DNA of 64,000 bases from Eledone cirrhosa (taxonomy: Eukaryota): NCBI GenBank assembly GCA_964016885.1, contig OZ024742.1:260896001-260960000 (forward strand), in the 5' to 3' direction. Of the stretch, positions 1-13,316 are shown piece by piece. The first letter of the stretch is position 1, and every line of letters starts with the position of its first letter. Made by a program: the position numbers and the translations under genes. The notes below the pieces were generated by a model that saw only the letters and a program-made list of their open reading frames with translations, made no database searches and was not told the origin of the DNA.

Positions 1-221
1 AACAAATATGGTTAAGTATTTTTCCGACGCTCTCACGTCTTTAGTATTGTTTATCCTAATACAAGTTACTGTCACACCCAATTCACGTTCAAACACATCC
101 GAGTGTATTAAAAGGGTAGGCAAAGTCTAAGCTTGGGATTCGAACAAAATCCTCATCGGACAAAAATCCTGCCGGATTATTAAAATGAAATTTATTTCAA
201 AAATAGAAATTAACTGTATTT

Positions 222-696
222 AAATTGTTTTATTGTGTACTATGTGGGATTTTTGTCAGGGCCCGATTAATGTAGTCCAAGATATACTGTGTCACCGTTG
301 GAAGAGCAACAAAGGAGACATTAGATAATGCAACAGAGATAAAGCACATTTGCTAACAAAACTAGATGCCCAACAAAAACAAAACCTGTATAGCACTCTC
401 TAGCGATTAGAGGTACACTGTTATTATACCGTCAATTATACTTCCGGCTCCACTAAATCCACAAACATTGGAGATATATTGTTATTTCTTTACATATATC
501 CTCTCTATGTTAGTAATAACTAATTAACTACCGTAGTTAATTCCGAAGGTTATTCATTAACCAGATGAAGATAATAGAGATATCCTTTAAGAAGTAGTTG
601 AAAGTTCTGCTTAATGTATTAATGTCCTCATCAATTTCATGTGTCATTCAGTACATTTCTCATTATTTCATCCTATAACTACGTTGTTATGTAAGT
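222..696 (+). promoter_or_regulatory. Putative promoter and non-coding exon 1 of ZNF paralog 1 (donor GTAAGT 691-696; acceptor TTTCAG ends 4636)
   Basis: Block homologous to those upstream of the other three ZNFs; ACTTCCGG at 440-447; conserved TTAT|GTAAGT donor and matching polypyrimidine-CAG acceptor upstream of the CDS. Confidence 0.65.
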
Positions 697-1330
697 AACA
701 TTCATATATTTTACACATTTCTTTTATATTTACATTTATACTCCATCTACACCGTTCCTGATCCCAGCAAAATTGTTTTCTTTTATCTTTTCCTTTTTGC
801 ATTTCTTCATTCTCTCCAATTTCAGGTAAACTCCGTAATTTTCAGGAAATTTATATATATATTCTAATTCATTCAAATCCTCCTCTATTATTTTTTTTGT
901 CTATGTTATTTATTCTCTATTATTGCTCTATGTTTCTATTCCATGTTCCCCTCAACGACCACTTCTTTGTTTTATAAACGTACACCAGACATTTGTATGT
1001 GAAAGAAATAGTGTTTCAATCAGTGATTCGTGGTATTTCTGCAGGATAAAGCGAGAGGAAGTGTTTGTATACTGAACTGTAAAATGTTACTCACATATCC
1101 AGATGAATTATTAAATACCAATGCTCACAACGCACACACATATAACCTGCTTTAGACTATCAAGACCATTATTCAGCAGATTACTCGAATCTGGAATTTG
1201 CTGTCGAAACGGCAAAAGCTCTGCCATCGGGCCTCGAGTCTCTAATTAATATATATATAGTTCAAGGAGACAACAAACAGAGTTACAAAAAGTCTTATTA
1301 GTTTCACTCTTTATTTTGGTAAAAGGTAAG

Positions 1331-1370
1331 AAAGTTCGACGTGTCGGGCTTAAGCCCTTCTTCAGGAATA
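1331..1370 (-). ncRNA. Minimal type I hammerhead motif (Penelope type), core mutated GAAA>GACA
   Basis: - strand reads ttc CTGAAGA A GGGC ttaa GCCC GACAC GTC gaa, with AATAAA downstream. Confidence 0.7.
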
Positions 1371-1467
1371 CAAATAGAGACAGGATCACAATGGAGAAAC
1401 AGAATAAAACTTATGCCCCTGCCATTTCTAGCGTCATTATAAGCCTGTCATATTGTCCTTATATATA

Positions 1468-2768
1468 CGAGGCGGGATCAAAAAGTTCGCGGAATTTTTC
1501 AGAAAATAATCTATTTTTCAAAAAATATGATTTACCTTCAATTTATTTTTCTACATAGTTGCCATCCAGGTCAATACACTTCACAAGGCGATGCTTCCAG
1601 CTTCGTAAGCCGTCTCTAAAGAAAGTTGAAGGCCTTGTTCGAAGCCATGTATTGGCAGTGTTTTTAGCTTCTTCAACACCACTAAAACGGGTCTCTTTTA
1701 ACATTTCTCTGAGTTTGGGAAAGAGGAAAAAGTCTGATGGGGCTAAATCTGGACTATAAGGCGGGTGAGGAAGCACTTCCCATCGAAATTCTCGAAGAAC
1801 TTCTTTTGCAACCCGTGCAGAATGCGCTTGTGCATTGTCATGATGAAACAAGATCCCACCAGGAAGTTTCCCTTTTCGTTTCTTGACTAATGCCTCTTTC
1901 AGCTTCCCTAAAACATTTGCATAGTAAGCTCCTCTCACAGTTCTTTGACCTTCAAGATAATCTATTAGTATCACCCCATCTGAATCCTAGAAAATGGTGG
2001 CCATCATTTTTTGATCCGAATTTTGAGATTTGAACTTGATTGGCCCCGATGATCCACGTGGAAGCCACTGTTTTGACTGCTGTTTGGATTCAGGATCATA
2101 CTGGTAGATCCATGTTTCATCTCCGGTGATGACTCTGGTCAAGAAATGCTCTTCATCAACTTCAATTTTGTTTAATATCGCCAAAGACAGATCACTTTGA
2201 AGAATCAGCTGATCAGGGCGCAACGCTTTTGGGACCCATCGCGCTGAAAGCTTGCTTAGTCCCAAATTATCGTGCAGAATTGAATTTGCCGAACCATATT
2301 AAATGTCTAGGGACTTAGCTAACTGATTAACTGTTATTCTTCGATCTTCTTCAACTAAAGTCTGAGCAGCCTCAACGTTTTGGTCATTTTCTGATGTTCC
2401 TGGTCTTCTACTACGATGGTCGTCTCTCCCTTGTTTGAATCGCTGAATCCACTTGTAGAGAGCAGTTTACTTTGGAGCAGTAGTACCGTAAACTTTAACT
2501 AAAGCCTCCATAATCTGTGTCCCTTTCCATTTGAGTTTCACCAGAAACTTAATATTCGATCTTATCTCAAAATAACTATTTTCCATTGTTCCAAAAAGAG
2601 GTTTTTTAAAGAGTGTCAGTACTGTACAATAGTCTGCACATAACTGACTGCAAGTAACTAATAGTAAGGTAAACACCCAGTGACAATGTTCTGAGATGTT
2701 TAATATTGTTTTAACCTGATTTTTTTCTTGCTACGATAAAATTCCGCGAACTATTTGATCCCTCCTCG
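1468..2768 (-). mobile_element. Full-length Mariner (Tc1/mariner) DNA transposon with disrupted transposase
   Basis: 31-bp TIRs (cgaggcgggatcaaaaagttcgcggaatttt, 2 mismatches) flanked by TA; fragments carry WVP, TGDETW, HHDNA and YSPDLAPSDF; split over three ORFs by stops or frameshifts. Confidence 0.95.
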
Positions 2769-2778
2769 TATATATATA

Positions 2779-3037
2779 TATCACGGGAAAAAAGAGAATC
2801 AGTGTTGCGACGAATGGAATTTATTGGACATATTACAATCGTTTCTCTGGTGACCAGCTTGAGGCACGATCGAAAATCTGCTTCGTAGAATCAAGACGTA
2901 TCTGAGGACCTTGCGATTTTCAGAATCAGATTCGATCATCAAATCGATTGTGCCTCAAGCTCGTCGCCAGAGAAACAATTGTAATATGTCCAATAAATTC
3001 CATTCGTCGCAATACTGATTCTCTTTTTTTCTGTGAT
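2779..3037. repeat. Inverted repeat with ~95-bp arms (2779-2873 / 2943-3037), resembling an inverted Penelope pLTR
   Basis: Arms are reverse complements with a few mismatches; the right arm contains the 3' half of the hammerhead. Confidence 0.85.
2895..2990 (+). ncRNA. Type I hammerhead ribozyme with long stem II, GUA triplet at 2981-2983
   Basis: Stem I gacgtat/atatgtc; CTGAGGA 2902-2908; imperfect stem II ccttgcga..tcgccaga; GAAAC 2972-2976; palindromic ACAATTGT stem III; AATAAA 2992-2997. Confidence 0.75.
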
Positions 3038-3560
3038 ATCATACTCTGCTCTATGAGAGCATCAAGTGCTCATACGGCCCACCGCATACGGACGCTTTAA
3101 GCATCCAACACCAATTATATATATATATGTTGGAAATAATACATGACAGTGAAACACTGAGGGTTACAAACGGTAGCAGTTCAGTGTTTCAGTCCACACC
3201 GGCTTGAGGCATAGAACAAAATTTCCTGTTGATAACGTGAATCCTCTGTTCGATCATGGAATACCACAGGCTTACATATTATGTAAGCTGGATGGATGAT
3301 TTCGGATTCATAGAAACCTATCGAACGTTTTGCAAAATATCGTTCAATATGTCCAGGTCAGTTGTCTAACCTGATTAGTATTTTCGTTGTTTTTGGTATT
3401 GGGTGGATAAGTCTGCCTGCCGCAATTTTCAATTTATCAAGCTGTCTAAACGTATGTTATTACTCTAAGGGTCTACCTTATTGAGTGCTTTGCTGCTCAT
3501 TCCTAATTGTAGGTCGTTTGTTGGCCACAACCAAAGCTTCGATCTTACTAAGCTTCCACT

Positions 3561-3664
<104 letters not shown>

Positions 3665-4258
3665 TGTTCATTTAGTAGTTCAATGAAGCAACGTGTTGGA
3701 CACCATGCGGTCTTGGCTACGACATGGCTTATATTCTTTATATTCAATATCTCTTATTCCAAATAATTCTTCCAATATTGGTTGTTCCAATGTTTTGAAA
3801 TAATTATTATTGTTTCTCGATTTTAGAAACCCTGGTTGGGAGACTATATGAGTAAAACTGATTTATTTTAGTTGGTCTAGCTTATAACCCCTCCCCCAAA
3901 TTGAGATTTTGGCTTAAGTTTAATGTTTAATTACTTCTCTGAAAACTTTCAAATTCGCTAGCCGTTTCTAAACAAAGCCTGCTTTATATCTCCCTATATG
4001 GAAGGAAGCATGGGTGGCATGTTGGGTGTAATGGTAACACATTGGTCCGGCAAACCAAAGATGTGAGTTTGTGTCCCATGTACATTAATACCCATCCTTT
4101 TTTCCATTCAGAGGGTTTTTTAAAATCCCAACTAACAGACTAATTCTATTTAGTCAAATACGGCGTAAGCACATGTTACTACCTAATTTATATATATATA
4201 TAGCAAAAATTAAAAGGCTAGAAAATTATGGTTTGTACAAATCATGTTATATAGGAAA

Positions 4259-4447
4259 ATAATTGTTTCTACTTTAGGCACAAGGCCAGCATTTAACCAG
4301 TGCATTACTGGTACTTTATTTTATCGACCCCGTAAGGATGAAAGGCAAAGTCAACCTCAGTGGGATTTGAACTCAGATCGTAAAGGGACGTAACTATGCT
4401 GGAAAGCATGGCGTCCGACCCTCTACTGATACTGCCAATCCACCGCT
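4259..4447 (-). mobile_element. tRNA-derived SINE family A (central motif gcctttcatcc..gggtcgataaaat..gtaccag)
   Basis: Recurs at least 9 times in the window; flanked by a TSD-like repeat atgttat(a/t)taggaaaataat. Confidence 0.8.
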
Positions 4448-5073
4448 AATGTTATTTAGGAAAATAATAATAATAAAGATGCATCTAAATGTTTTTTTAA
4501 ATATATTTACATGCAAATGTTGTACACAACAAAAAGATACATCTACAAATCTCTATTTCTTTCCATATATGGTAGTTTATTGAATTCAACAGACTTTACT
4601 TCAGTGTCCCTTATGTTTTATGTCTTTTTATTTCAGGTTATCTGATGTCATTGAGATAGAAATATTTCACTGAAAATGATCAACTTTTGAAGACTAAAGA
4701 TAACTTCATCAATCTGATATCAGTCTGTTATTCCAACTCTTGTTTGAGTGGATGTTAAATATTTCTTTGGAATTGATATTATTTATAACAATACTTTATT
4801 GAATACAAATGTTTACACTTAGAGATTTAGATTAAACTGGGATTAATTATCAAGATGTTTTAATTGTCTTATGCGTAAAGATATCCATATCTGAAAATAC
4901 CTTGTTAATTGGAGCTGGTTATTACAACATTCTATCTGAAGAAATCCACTAGAAGATCTGTTTTAACAACCAAGATATCTTCATTCTTTAACAAGGACCA
5001 TCACATACACACACACATATATACATATATATATTGTATATAGGGAGACAGAGAGGGATTAAAAGAGAAAGTC

Positions 5074-6072
5074 ATGGATGAGAAAATACTGTCTGAAAAT
5101 ATTGATTCATCTACTGACACTGAGGAAAATACAGAAGAGAAACCACAGGCTTGTGACATCTGTGGGAAGTTATTCACAACTAGAAAGAATTTAGTACAAC
5201 ATAAATTAAATCACTCAGCCTCTAAGCCATACCAATGTGAGGTTTGTAGTAAAATATGTGCATCAAGCAATTTGTTATCTCTCCATAAACGGATTCATAC
5301 AGGAAAAAAACTACACCACTGTGATATCTGTGATGAAAACTTTTCAACAAGTAGCAGTTTATCTTCCCATAAACGTATTCACACAGGAGAAAAACCATAT
5401 CACTGTGATATTTGTGGTAAAAATTTCTCTCAAAAAGGTAATTTATCTACCCACAAACGTATTCACACTGGGGAGAAACCATATCAGTGTGGTGTCTGTG
5501 GTAAAGAATTCTCTGATAATCGTACTTTTTTTACACACAAACGAATTCATACAGGAGAAAAACCATATCATTGCAATATCTGTAGTAAAACATTTACTAC
5601 AAGTGGTAATTTAACTTCTCACACACGTGTTCATACAGGAGAGAAACCATACCACTGTGATATCTGTGGTAAAACATTTTCTGGAAGTGGTGATTTGTCT
5701 ACCCATAAACGTATTCATACAGGAGAAAGACCATTCCACTGTGATATCTGTGGTGAAAAATTTTCAAGAAATCGTAATTTGACTTATCACAAACGTAGCC
5801 ACACTGGAGATAAGCCATACCAATGCGATATATGTGATGAAACATTTTATACAAGGGGGCATTTGTCTTGCCACATTCGTATTCACACAGGTGAAAAACC
5901 ATACCACTGTGATGTTTGTGGTAAAAATTTTTCTCAAAGTGGTCATTTTTCTCGACACAAACTTATCCACACAGGAGAAAGACCATACAAGTGTGATGTC
6001 TGTAGTGCCTCATTTACTAGAAGTGATAATTTAATTCAGCACAAACGAACCCACACAGGTGATAAACCATAG
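5074..6072 (+). CDS. C2H2 zinc-finger protein (11 fingers), ZNF paralog 1
   Basis: 332-aa intact ORF with 11 CxxC-x12-HxxxH repeats and TGEKPY-type linkers; short acidic N-terminus MDEK..ENTEEKP; no KRAB/SCAN/BTB visible. Confidence 0.95.
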   Translation: MDEKILSENIDSSTDTEENTEEKPQACDICGKLFTTRKNLVQHKLNHSASKPYQCEVCSKICASSNLLSLHKRIHTGKKLHHCDICDENFSTSSSLSSHKRIHTGEKPYHCDICGKNFSQKGNLSTHKRIHTGEKPYQCGVCGKEFSDNRTFFTHKRIHTGEKPYHCNICSKTFTTSGNLTSHTRVHTGEKPYHCDICGKTFSGSGDLSTHKRIHTGERPFHCDICGEKFSRNRNLTYHKRSHTGDKPYQCDICDETFYTRGHLSCHIRIHTGEKPYHCDVCGKNFSQSGHFSRHKLIHTGERPYKCDVCSASFTRSDNLIQHKRTHTGDKP

Positions 6073-7114
6073 ATATGTGATATCTGGTAAAAGATTTTCT
6101 GTAACAAACAATATATTTGCTTATGTATATCTTAAAGAAATATAGCATCAGTGATTTTACATCTTGTCACAAATACAAATATGTTGTATCCCAGGCTAAC
6201 TGCATCCTGTACTGATTTAACTATAATATCTAAACATGGTATATCTCACTGAAACTTTTGTCATTGTTCATTTGTCTGTGAGTTGGTAGTTTTAGTGTGT
6301 TCATGAGTAAATCATTGCCAATCACTTTTATGATTTAGAAGAAAATATCTAAAAACTAGTTTAATTCAAATTTTTACCTGACCATATTGTGAAAATTTGC
6401 AGTATTAGAGTAAAGACTTTAACTTTTAATGTGATGCAGTCATGGCATTATGTACTTTTCCAGAATGTCCTTGCTCAAGTCACAGGTCTCCTCAGTAGCT
6501 CGAAGCAGGTTGTCCAGCAGAAACTTTCAACTGTCCTCTATATCTATTATCTCCTCTCTCTTGTACACATCACATAGAGCTTTTCCAAATCTATATTTAA
6601 CCAAAAGATTCTTTAGTTTCCATACCCTCCTTTACCTGTGTTTCTAATTTCATTTAATTCTTTTTTTGATGTACCTAATAATTAATTTGGGTTAGGCAGT
6701 TCATTCTTCTTAAAGAAAAGACTTAGTATTCATATTCCATTTTCTAAAGAACAAGAAATCAACTTGGTTTGCATACTGATCTGGTAAGGATCAAGTAGTT
6801 GGCGGGTCTCTTGAAGTTAGTGTTGCAAATGTTAAGGCCATTTGTATCATTGAATTTTCAGAGCCTTGGTACCTCTTCATTTCACAAGTCAGATCGAAAG
6901 CCAGCATACACTCCCGTGTAGCCATTTTGGTGTTACCCAACATGTTCATTAAAGTCTCACACCATGATGATGAGGTGTCTGTTATCTGTTATTGAAATCA
7001 TCTGTAAGAGGTCCTCATAGAAAGTTTTTTTGTTCATTACTTAGCCCTGATTGTGGTGCATACATAGAGATAATGTACCATCCAGAATGTACCATCTCCA
7101 CCATCTCTAACATC

Positions 7115-8790
7115 AAATTCCATAACAACTATAAAATTTACACCTGCAATGTTGCGACATCACCTTAAGAATAAGCGCAACTATGCCTCCCCTTGTCTTC
7201 ATGGTGTTACATACCTGCTTCTCAAACGTGGGGGGTACTTCCTTTTGCACCAGCTTTCTTTCTTCTTTCAATACTGTCTCAACAATGGTGCTACTCCAGA
7301 GCAGTGGAAAATTGCCAGTGTCATTCGCCTGTTCAAAAAGGCAACCGCATGTCACCTGTCCACTATCGTCCAGTCAGTCTTACTAGCTGTATTGCCAAAC
7401 TGATGGAATCCTGTGTCAGAGAAACACTTTGGAACTTCTGGAGCTCTCACAGCCTCATCCGGCCCTCGCAGTTTGGATTTATCCCTAACTCCAGCTGCTG
7501 TGATCAGCTTATCGAGTTCCTTGAAGACATCACCTGGATCACTGACAGCGGCTCATGGGTGGATGTTGTTTACCTTGACTTTGCTAAGGCTTTTAATTCT
7601 GTGCCACACAAAAGACTTATGGCAAAACTCTCTGCAATGGGTGTGAGGGATGATCTTTTTAACTGGTTGAAATCCTTCATTCTCAGCCTAAAAGAGGTAG
7701 TCACGGTTCTAGGACAGCATTCTTCACCATATGAGATGTCATCTGGTGTACCACAGGGATCTGTTCTTGGTCCCCTTTTGTTTGTGGCATATATTAATGA
7801 CATAGATGCCAACCTAAAGAATGCCATGGTACTGAAATATGCAGATGACATCAAGCTGTACCTCGAAATCAAAAGGACTGATCCTGAAATCTACAACTCT
7901 TTCCTACAATCAGACCTGGACACAATGCAGCAATGGATCACAGACTGGCAACTGAAGCTGGCTGTGGACAAGTGTACCACCATGCATTTTGGGAGCAAAA
8001 ATCCAGCGTCCACATACTCCCTCCACAACACTGATATCAAGAAGTCCTCTTGTGAACGTGACCTGGGTATTACTGTCAGCAGCAATTTGCGTTGGACAAA
8101 GCATGTCTCTAAGATTGTCAAGAAGGCCGAGGGTGTCTTGGCATCACTCACCAAGACCTTCCGCCATCTATTTAAAGCTGTATACAGCTATGGTACGACC
8201 ACACTTGGAATTCGCATCATCAGTCTGGAACCCCTATCTTGCTCAGAACATTGAGCTCCTGGAAACTGTTCAGAGACGTGCAACCAAGCGCATACCCTCT
8301 ATCAGACACCTACCATACTCTGAACAACTTGCTTCCCTGGGCATGGATTCATTGAAGCTCCGACGTCTGGCAATGGACCTGGTAAACACCCACAAAGTTA
8401 TTAACCATCTCGCCAACAACAACCCTGAGCACCTTTTTGATCTCCATGTGTCTAACACACGTGGACATGCCTACAAAATCAGAAAACAGCACAGCTCCCA
8501 TGGATTCGTAAACATTTTTTCACGCTCAGAGTTGCTGAAGCATGGAACAAACTGCCTGCGTCAGTTGTTAGCTGCCGAGACACTGCATCCTTTAAAACCC
8601 TCATGTTTCCCGAAATACGCCAAAACTACACCTGATGTACCCCTTCCATACACATGCACACGTGTATATCATGACTCATGCACTGTTCATTTTCCTGACG
8701 TTTGTACATTACCCTATGTACTATACATACGCTTTTTGATGAGTTGTTGTGCTCCTGAGCACTACACAATATTTCATTATTATTATTATA
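7115..8790 (+). mobile_element. 5'-truncated CR1-group LINE (RT domain, frameshifted)
   Basis: YRPVSLTS, QFGF, YLDFAKAF, SGVPQGSVLGPLLF, YADD, VRPHLEF, LE.VQRRATK motifs; (ATT)n tail near 8776-8790. Confidence 0.9.
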
Positions 8791-8920
8791 TAACTGTTGT
8801 CATTCTATTGTCTGACTATTCTGAGACTGATGATTCTGTCTCAATTACATTATCTCTCCGTTTCTTAGCTAGTAAAATACTTATTCTGCCTACTTCACTA
8901 TCCAGAAAAACTTGTATAGC

Positions 8921-9083
8921 TATAATTGTTTCTACATTTGGCACAAGGCCAGCAAATACTCAGTACATTACTGGTACTTTATTTTATCGATCCCGTAAGG
9001 ATGAAAGGCAAAGTTAACCTCGGCGGGATTTGAACTCAGACCATAAAGGGACGTAACTCTTTGCATCAAAGCATGGCGTCCGC
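8921..9083 (-). mobile_element. SINE family A copy with 17-bp TSD
   Basis: TSD cttgtatagctataatt at 8911-8927 and 9083-9099; a further partial copy lies at ~9222-9312. Confidence 0.8.
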
Positions 9084-11444
9084 TTGTATAGCTATAATTA
9101 TTTCTAATATTGAAATATAGAACCAAGAAAGACACAAAGCAAGGATATTTCCCGAGAAAAGATACATAGTATAGACATAGAGATTCTCAGAAAGATAATC
9201 AGGTAAATTATCTTTAATATATAATTGTTTCTATTTTTGGCACAAGGCCAGCAATTATCCCAGTGCATTACTGGTACTTTATTTTATCGACCCCATAAGG
9301 ATGAAAGGCAAGTAGCTATAATGTTTGCCCGTGAGGAGTCTGGTTAATGTGCCTCTTCATCTCACCTCATGCAAACAGCACACATCTACTCATCCCCCCC
9401 CCCCCCCCATATCGCCACAATTTCATTCAATCTATCTTTCAGTGTGGCAGTTCTGAGTTAAGTTACTTTAGAGTAAGGGGAAGTCTCTTGGCGGTTGGAT
9501 CACTGAAAGAGAAAGTGTGATCAGTTGACTATCATGGGGTTCTCACACATGTCTAGGCTAGCCATCCCACTACCGTGTGCAGTTCTAATATGGTTAATTG
9601 AGTCCTGTGTATGCAGTTATTTTTAATACTGTATGTTGTGCTAGTCATGTTTTTTTTAAATTTTTTTATAGAAGTTGTATGGTTGTATGCCTTTCTCATC
9701 ACCAACCATTTTACAGTATACTGGGTGCATTTTATCATGCTACCAGCACTTAAGATGTTTGTCAGGACATAAGAGTACACCATGTATCGGTTTTAATTCA
9801 GAGTAACTGCTCTATTGCTTACGGCTGACTGCATCTATCCCATGCCGTCATTTCCATTCAGAATGACTGCTTTCCTAGATGGGTTGCCTTTCTTGTGGCT
9901 TACTGAGTTTGTGTTTGCCCTGTACAGTTTTATTTCTTCGGAATTCCTGCTCTCCTTGGAGCTTACTGAGCCCACATCTGCCCCAAAAGAGAGTTTAGTT
10001 AATTTTGTGGTCACCAGTGGGGAATATATAATACAGTTATAATTTTGATTATTATTATACTATATTTAGTCCAATAAGTCACTGCCATTAGATCATATCA
10101 TACGTGTAAGTGTGAAAGACAATGAAAGGTGGATGGCCACGTATGGCATTCTGCAAATAATTGCTATTATAGCATATTTCATGGGAAGGTGGGGAAAATG
10201 TCTTTTCGTAAGGAGGTGGGTGATGAGGGTGGGATATGGCTGACATCAACAAGCCTTCCCCAAAAAATCTTGGGTGTCTTAGTTAATAAATAAATAAACG
10301 AGCAAAATAGTTGAATAAAAAAAATGTTTTCAGAGAAAAGGTAGACTGAAAATCTTCAGATGAGTGGGGAATTGCGACAGGTTTAGATTCTTACATGCAA
10401 CTCTAGTAGGAGGGCATGCAAACAGGAGAGAGTGGCGTTTACAAAGTCCAAAAGGAGAGTGGGGTTGACAGCTGTCATCTACAAATCAACAAACCTCTCG
10501 GTGGGGGGAAAAAAAATACATGTATATATATATATATATATATAAATCTGAGGATGTGTGTGTTAAGGTTTGTAACGTCCACAATTTCCAACGGATTCTA
10601 TTCAAAGTCGGGACAATTATTACTTTTGGTCAGGAGAAAGTTTCAAATCCATCAGCAATAAGGGCAAAAATCGATCATGATCATTCCCTCTCTCTATAAT
10701 TTAACTGCTTTGCTCTCTCTGTCGCTCTTCACTCCCTATATGACAACACTGTAGAGAGAGAAACAGTGTCTATGATCAAATGGAGCGTTCCATATATTCC
10801 CTCTCTCTATAATTTAACTGCTTTACTCTCTCTGTCGCTCTTCACTCCCTATATGACAACACTGCAGTGGAGCGTTTCGTATTAACATACGGTTATCTGG
10901 GGCATTTTCAATCGGCTTATTGCAAATAACAACCTGCAAAATAACACTTCATATAACAGATTATGCTATAGACATATGAATCGGAATGTAACCCCTGATT
11001 TTTTTCCTGGGCAAAATTATTCGAACAGACATGACCTCATTGCCAGAGTGTTCAGACTGAAACTGGCTAAACTCATGGCTTTAATCAAAAAGGGTCAGGT
11101 ATTTGGGGCTGTAAAATGTGACATGTTCACCGTCGAATGGCAAAAACGAGGGCTGCCACATGCTCACATTTTGATTTGGTTAGCTGATAAAATCAATTCA
11201 AATGCCATAGACAGCTTCATTTCGGCTGAAATCCCTAACCCAGCAACTGACCAGGAATTACATGACATCGTCAAAGCTAACATGGTCCATGTGCGTTGGG
11301 TCCTAATGAGCATCACACGTGTCTGAAGGGGGGGGGGGGGGGTCGTGCAGTAAGGGATACCCCAAAAAATTTGTTGGCCAGACTCAGACTGGTGGCGACG
11401 GCCCGGGAACGGTGGCTTCACCACAACAGTAAAGAGGGAGGTCA

Positions 11445-13316
11445 TCATCATCATCATCATCACCGTTTTACGTCCGTTCTTCCACGCTAGCATGGGTTAG
11501 ACGGGTTGTCCTGTTGTGGGCAGTGTCTGGTCGGCTGACCATGCCTTGCTCATACAGGAACTGATCTGGTTTGATTTCTACAGCTGGATGCCCTTCCTAA
11601 CACCAACCTCATTTACAGTGAGTGCTGGGTGCTTTTTCGTGGCGCCTACACGTCCACTTTACAGTGTGGGCTGGGTGCTTTTTTGCCGTGACACCTCCAC
11701 GACCACCTTGCGGTGGGGGGAGTGGGGGCATATTCTTTATATGCTTCAGCATGTACCCATGGAAGGTCGGGTACCCTGTATTACTGCGTGACGCCAGAAG
11801 TCACGGTCGTGTGTCATTGACTTTGAGAGGTGTAGTTGGGTAAGGTCGGATTTTATCACCTCATCCCAAGTCATCTTGGGTCTCCCCACTCTGCGGTTTC
11901 CATCAACTTCTAGTGCTCTGCACCTTTTTATGCAGCTGTCATCCTTCATACGCATCACATGTCCATACCAGCGTAACCGCCTCTCCTGCACGCAGCATTT
12001 GATTCCTCTTATGCTCAGTCTCTCTCTCAATTCCTTTATGCTTTGTCGTTCACGTATATTACTGTTACACATCCATCGGAGCATGCAGGCTTTGTTTCTT
12101 TCTAATCTACGTAAGTCTTCCACCTTCAGCGCCCAGGTCTCACTACCATGCAACATCGCTGTTCGGATACACGCATCATACAGTCTGCCTTTCATTCTGA
12201 GGGAGAAGCCTTTTGCAGCTAGCAGTGGTAGTAGTTCCCTAAACTTCTTCCATCCCGTTCTTACCCTAGTTATTGTACTTTCTGAGCACCCACCTCCGTT
12301 GCTAATTCGGTCACCTAGGTAGCAGAAGCTGTCTACTGTTTCTACAGGGCCCTCCCAGAGATTGGTGGTACTTGTTTCCTGTGGCTGTTTGCTTGCTGTT
12401 TCAGCACAGCTGCTGCATGTGAATCCTACATTCTTAATTAAGCTTCCTGAGATCCCGCTACATCTCTTGTGTACCCATTGTTTGCATTTGGGGCAGAGAA
12501 TGGAGTTCCTACCTACACCTTTCCTACATACTGAGCAAGGCCATTTCCCTGAAGGGATCTGGGTTCTGTTTTCTCGTCTACTTACAAGGACCTTAGTCTT
12601 TGTCATGTTGACTTTGAGGCCCTTTCTCTCTAGTCCCTGCTTCCAGGTTTGGAATTTATTCTCTAGTTCTACCATAGATTCAGCTATGAGTGCGAGGTCA
12701 TCAGCATACAGGAGTTCCCATGGGCATCCGGTCTTAAACTCCTCCGTTATTGCCTGCAGGACTATGATGAACAGGAGAGGGCTAAGAACAGAGCCCTGGT
12801 GGACCCCAACCTGTACGCTAAATTCCTCGCTATACTCATTGCTAATCCTAACTTTGCTGACTGCTCCCCTATACATGGCTTGTACCGCTTTCACAAGCCA
12901 TTCATCTACTCCTAGTTTTCTAAGAGCCCACCAGATTACTGCACGTGGAACTCTGTCAAAGGCTTTCTCAAGGTCGACAAATGCCAAGTAGAGTGGCTTA
13001 CTTTTAGCTAGGTACTTTTCCTGTAATTGCCTCACAAGGAAGAGGGCATCAGTGGTGCCTTTCCCTGGTACAAACCCAAATTGCATCTCGTCTATATTCA
13101 CCCGGTCCCTAATCAGCTGTGCTATAACTCTTTCTGTTACTTTCATGACCTGGTCCATCAACTTTATACCTCTATAGTTTCCTCTATCTAGTGCATCGCC
13201 TTTACCTTTGTAGCAGTTGACAATGATGCTACTGCACCAATCTTTTGGTATGGCCCCTTCTAGTATTACCTGGTTAACGATACGTGTGGTTATAGTGTGA
13301 CCTACAGACCCAGATG
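11445..13316 (-). mobile_element. Young 5'-truncated RTE-clade LINE with open RT ORF (11746-13161) and (TGA)n tail
   Basis: [36 protein letters not shown]-like Cys/His insert, RLRWYGHV; GTCA duplicated at 11441-11444 and 13317-13320. Confidence 0.95.

Noticed and set aside
3152-3193. tgaaacactga/tcagtgtttca hairpin next to a possible Penelope GIY-YIG C-terminal remnant (~3478-3563, - strand)
   Set aside because: No CUGANGA found, and protein similarity is too short to call.
5237-6034. Alternative-frame and antisense ORFs overlapping the ZNF CDSs (also in paralogs 2-4)
   Set aside because: By-products of the 84-bp repeat periodicity; no recognisable domains.
6070-6090. A-to-I read-through of ZNF stop codons (UAG to UIG) restoring extra fingers
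   Set aside because: Downstream frames hit further stops within a few codons, so no complete finger would be added.
11328-11342. Poly-G (and poly-C at 14104-14115 and 9393-9408) as G-quadruplex elements
   Set aside because: Homopolymer runs in decayed TE sequence; may be slippage or sequencing error.
11876-12991. Long antisense ORFs in the RTE copies (also 46755-47870)
   Set aside because: Shadow ORFs, shared only because the two copies are nearly identical.
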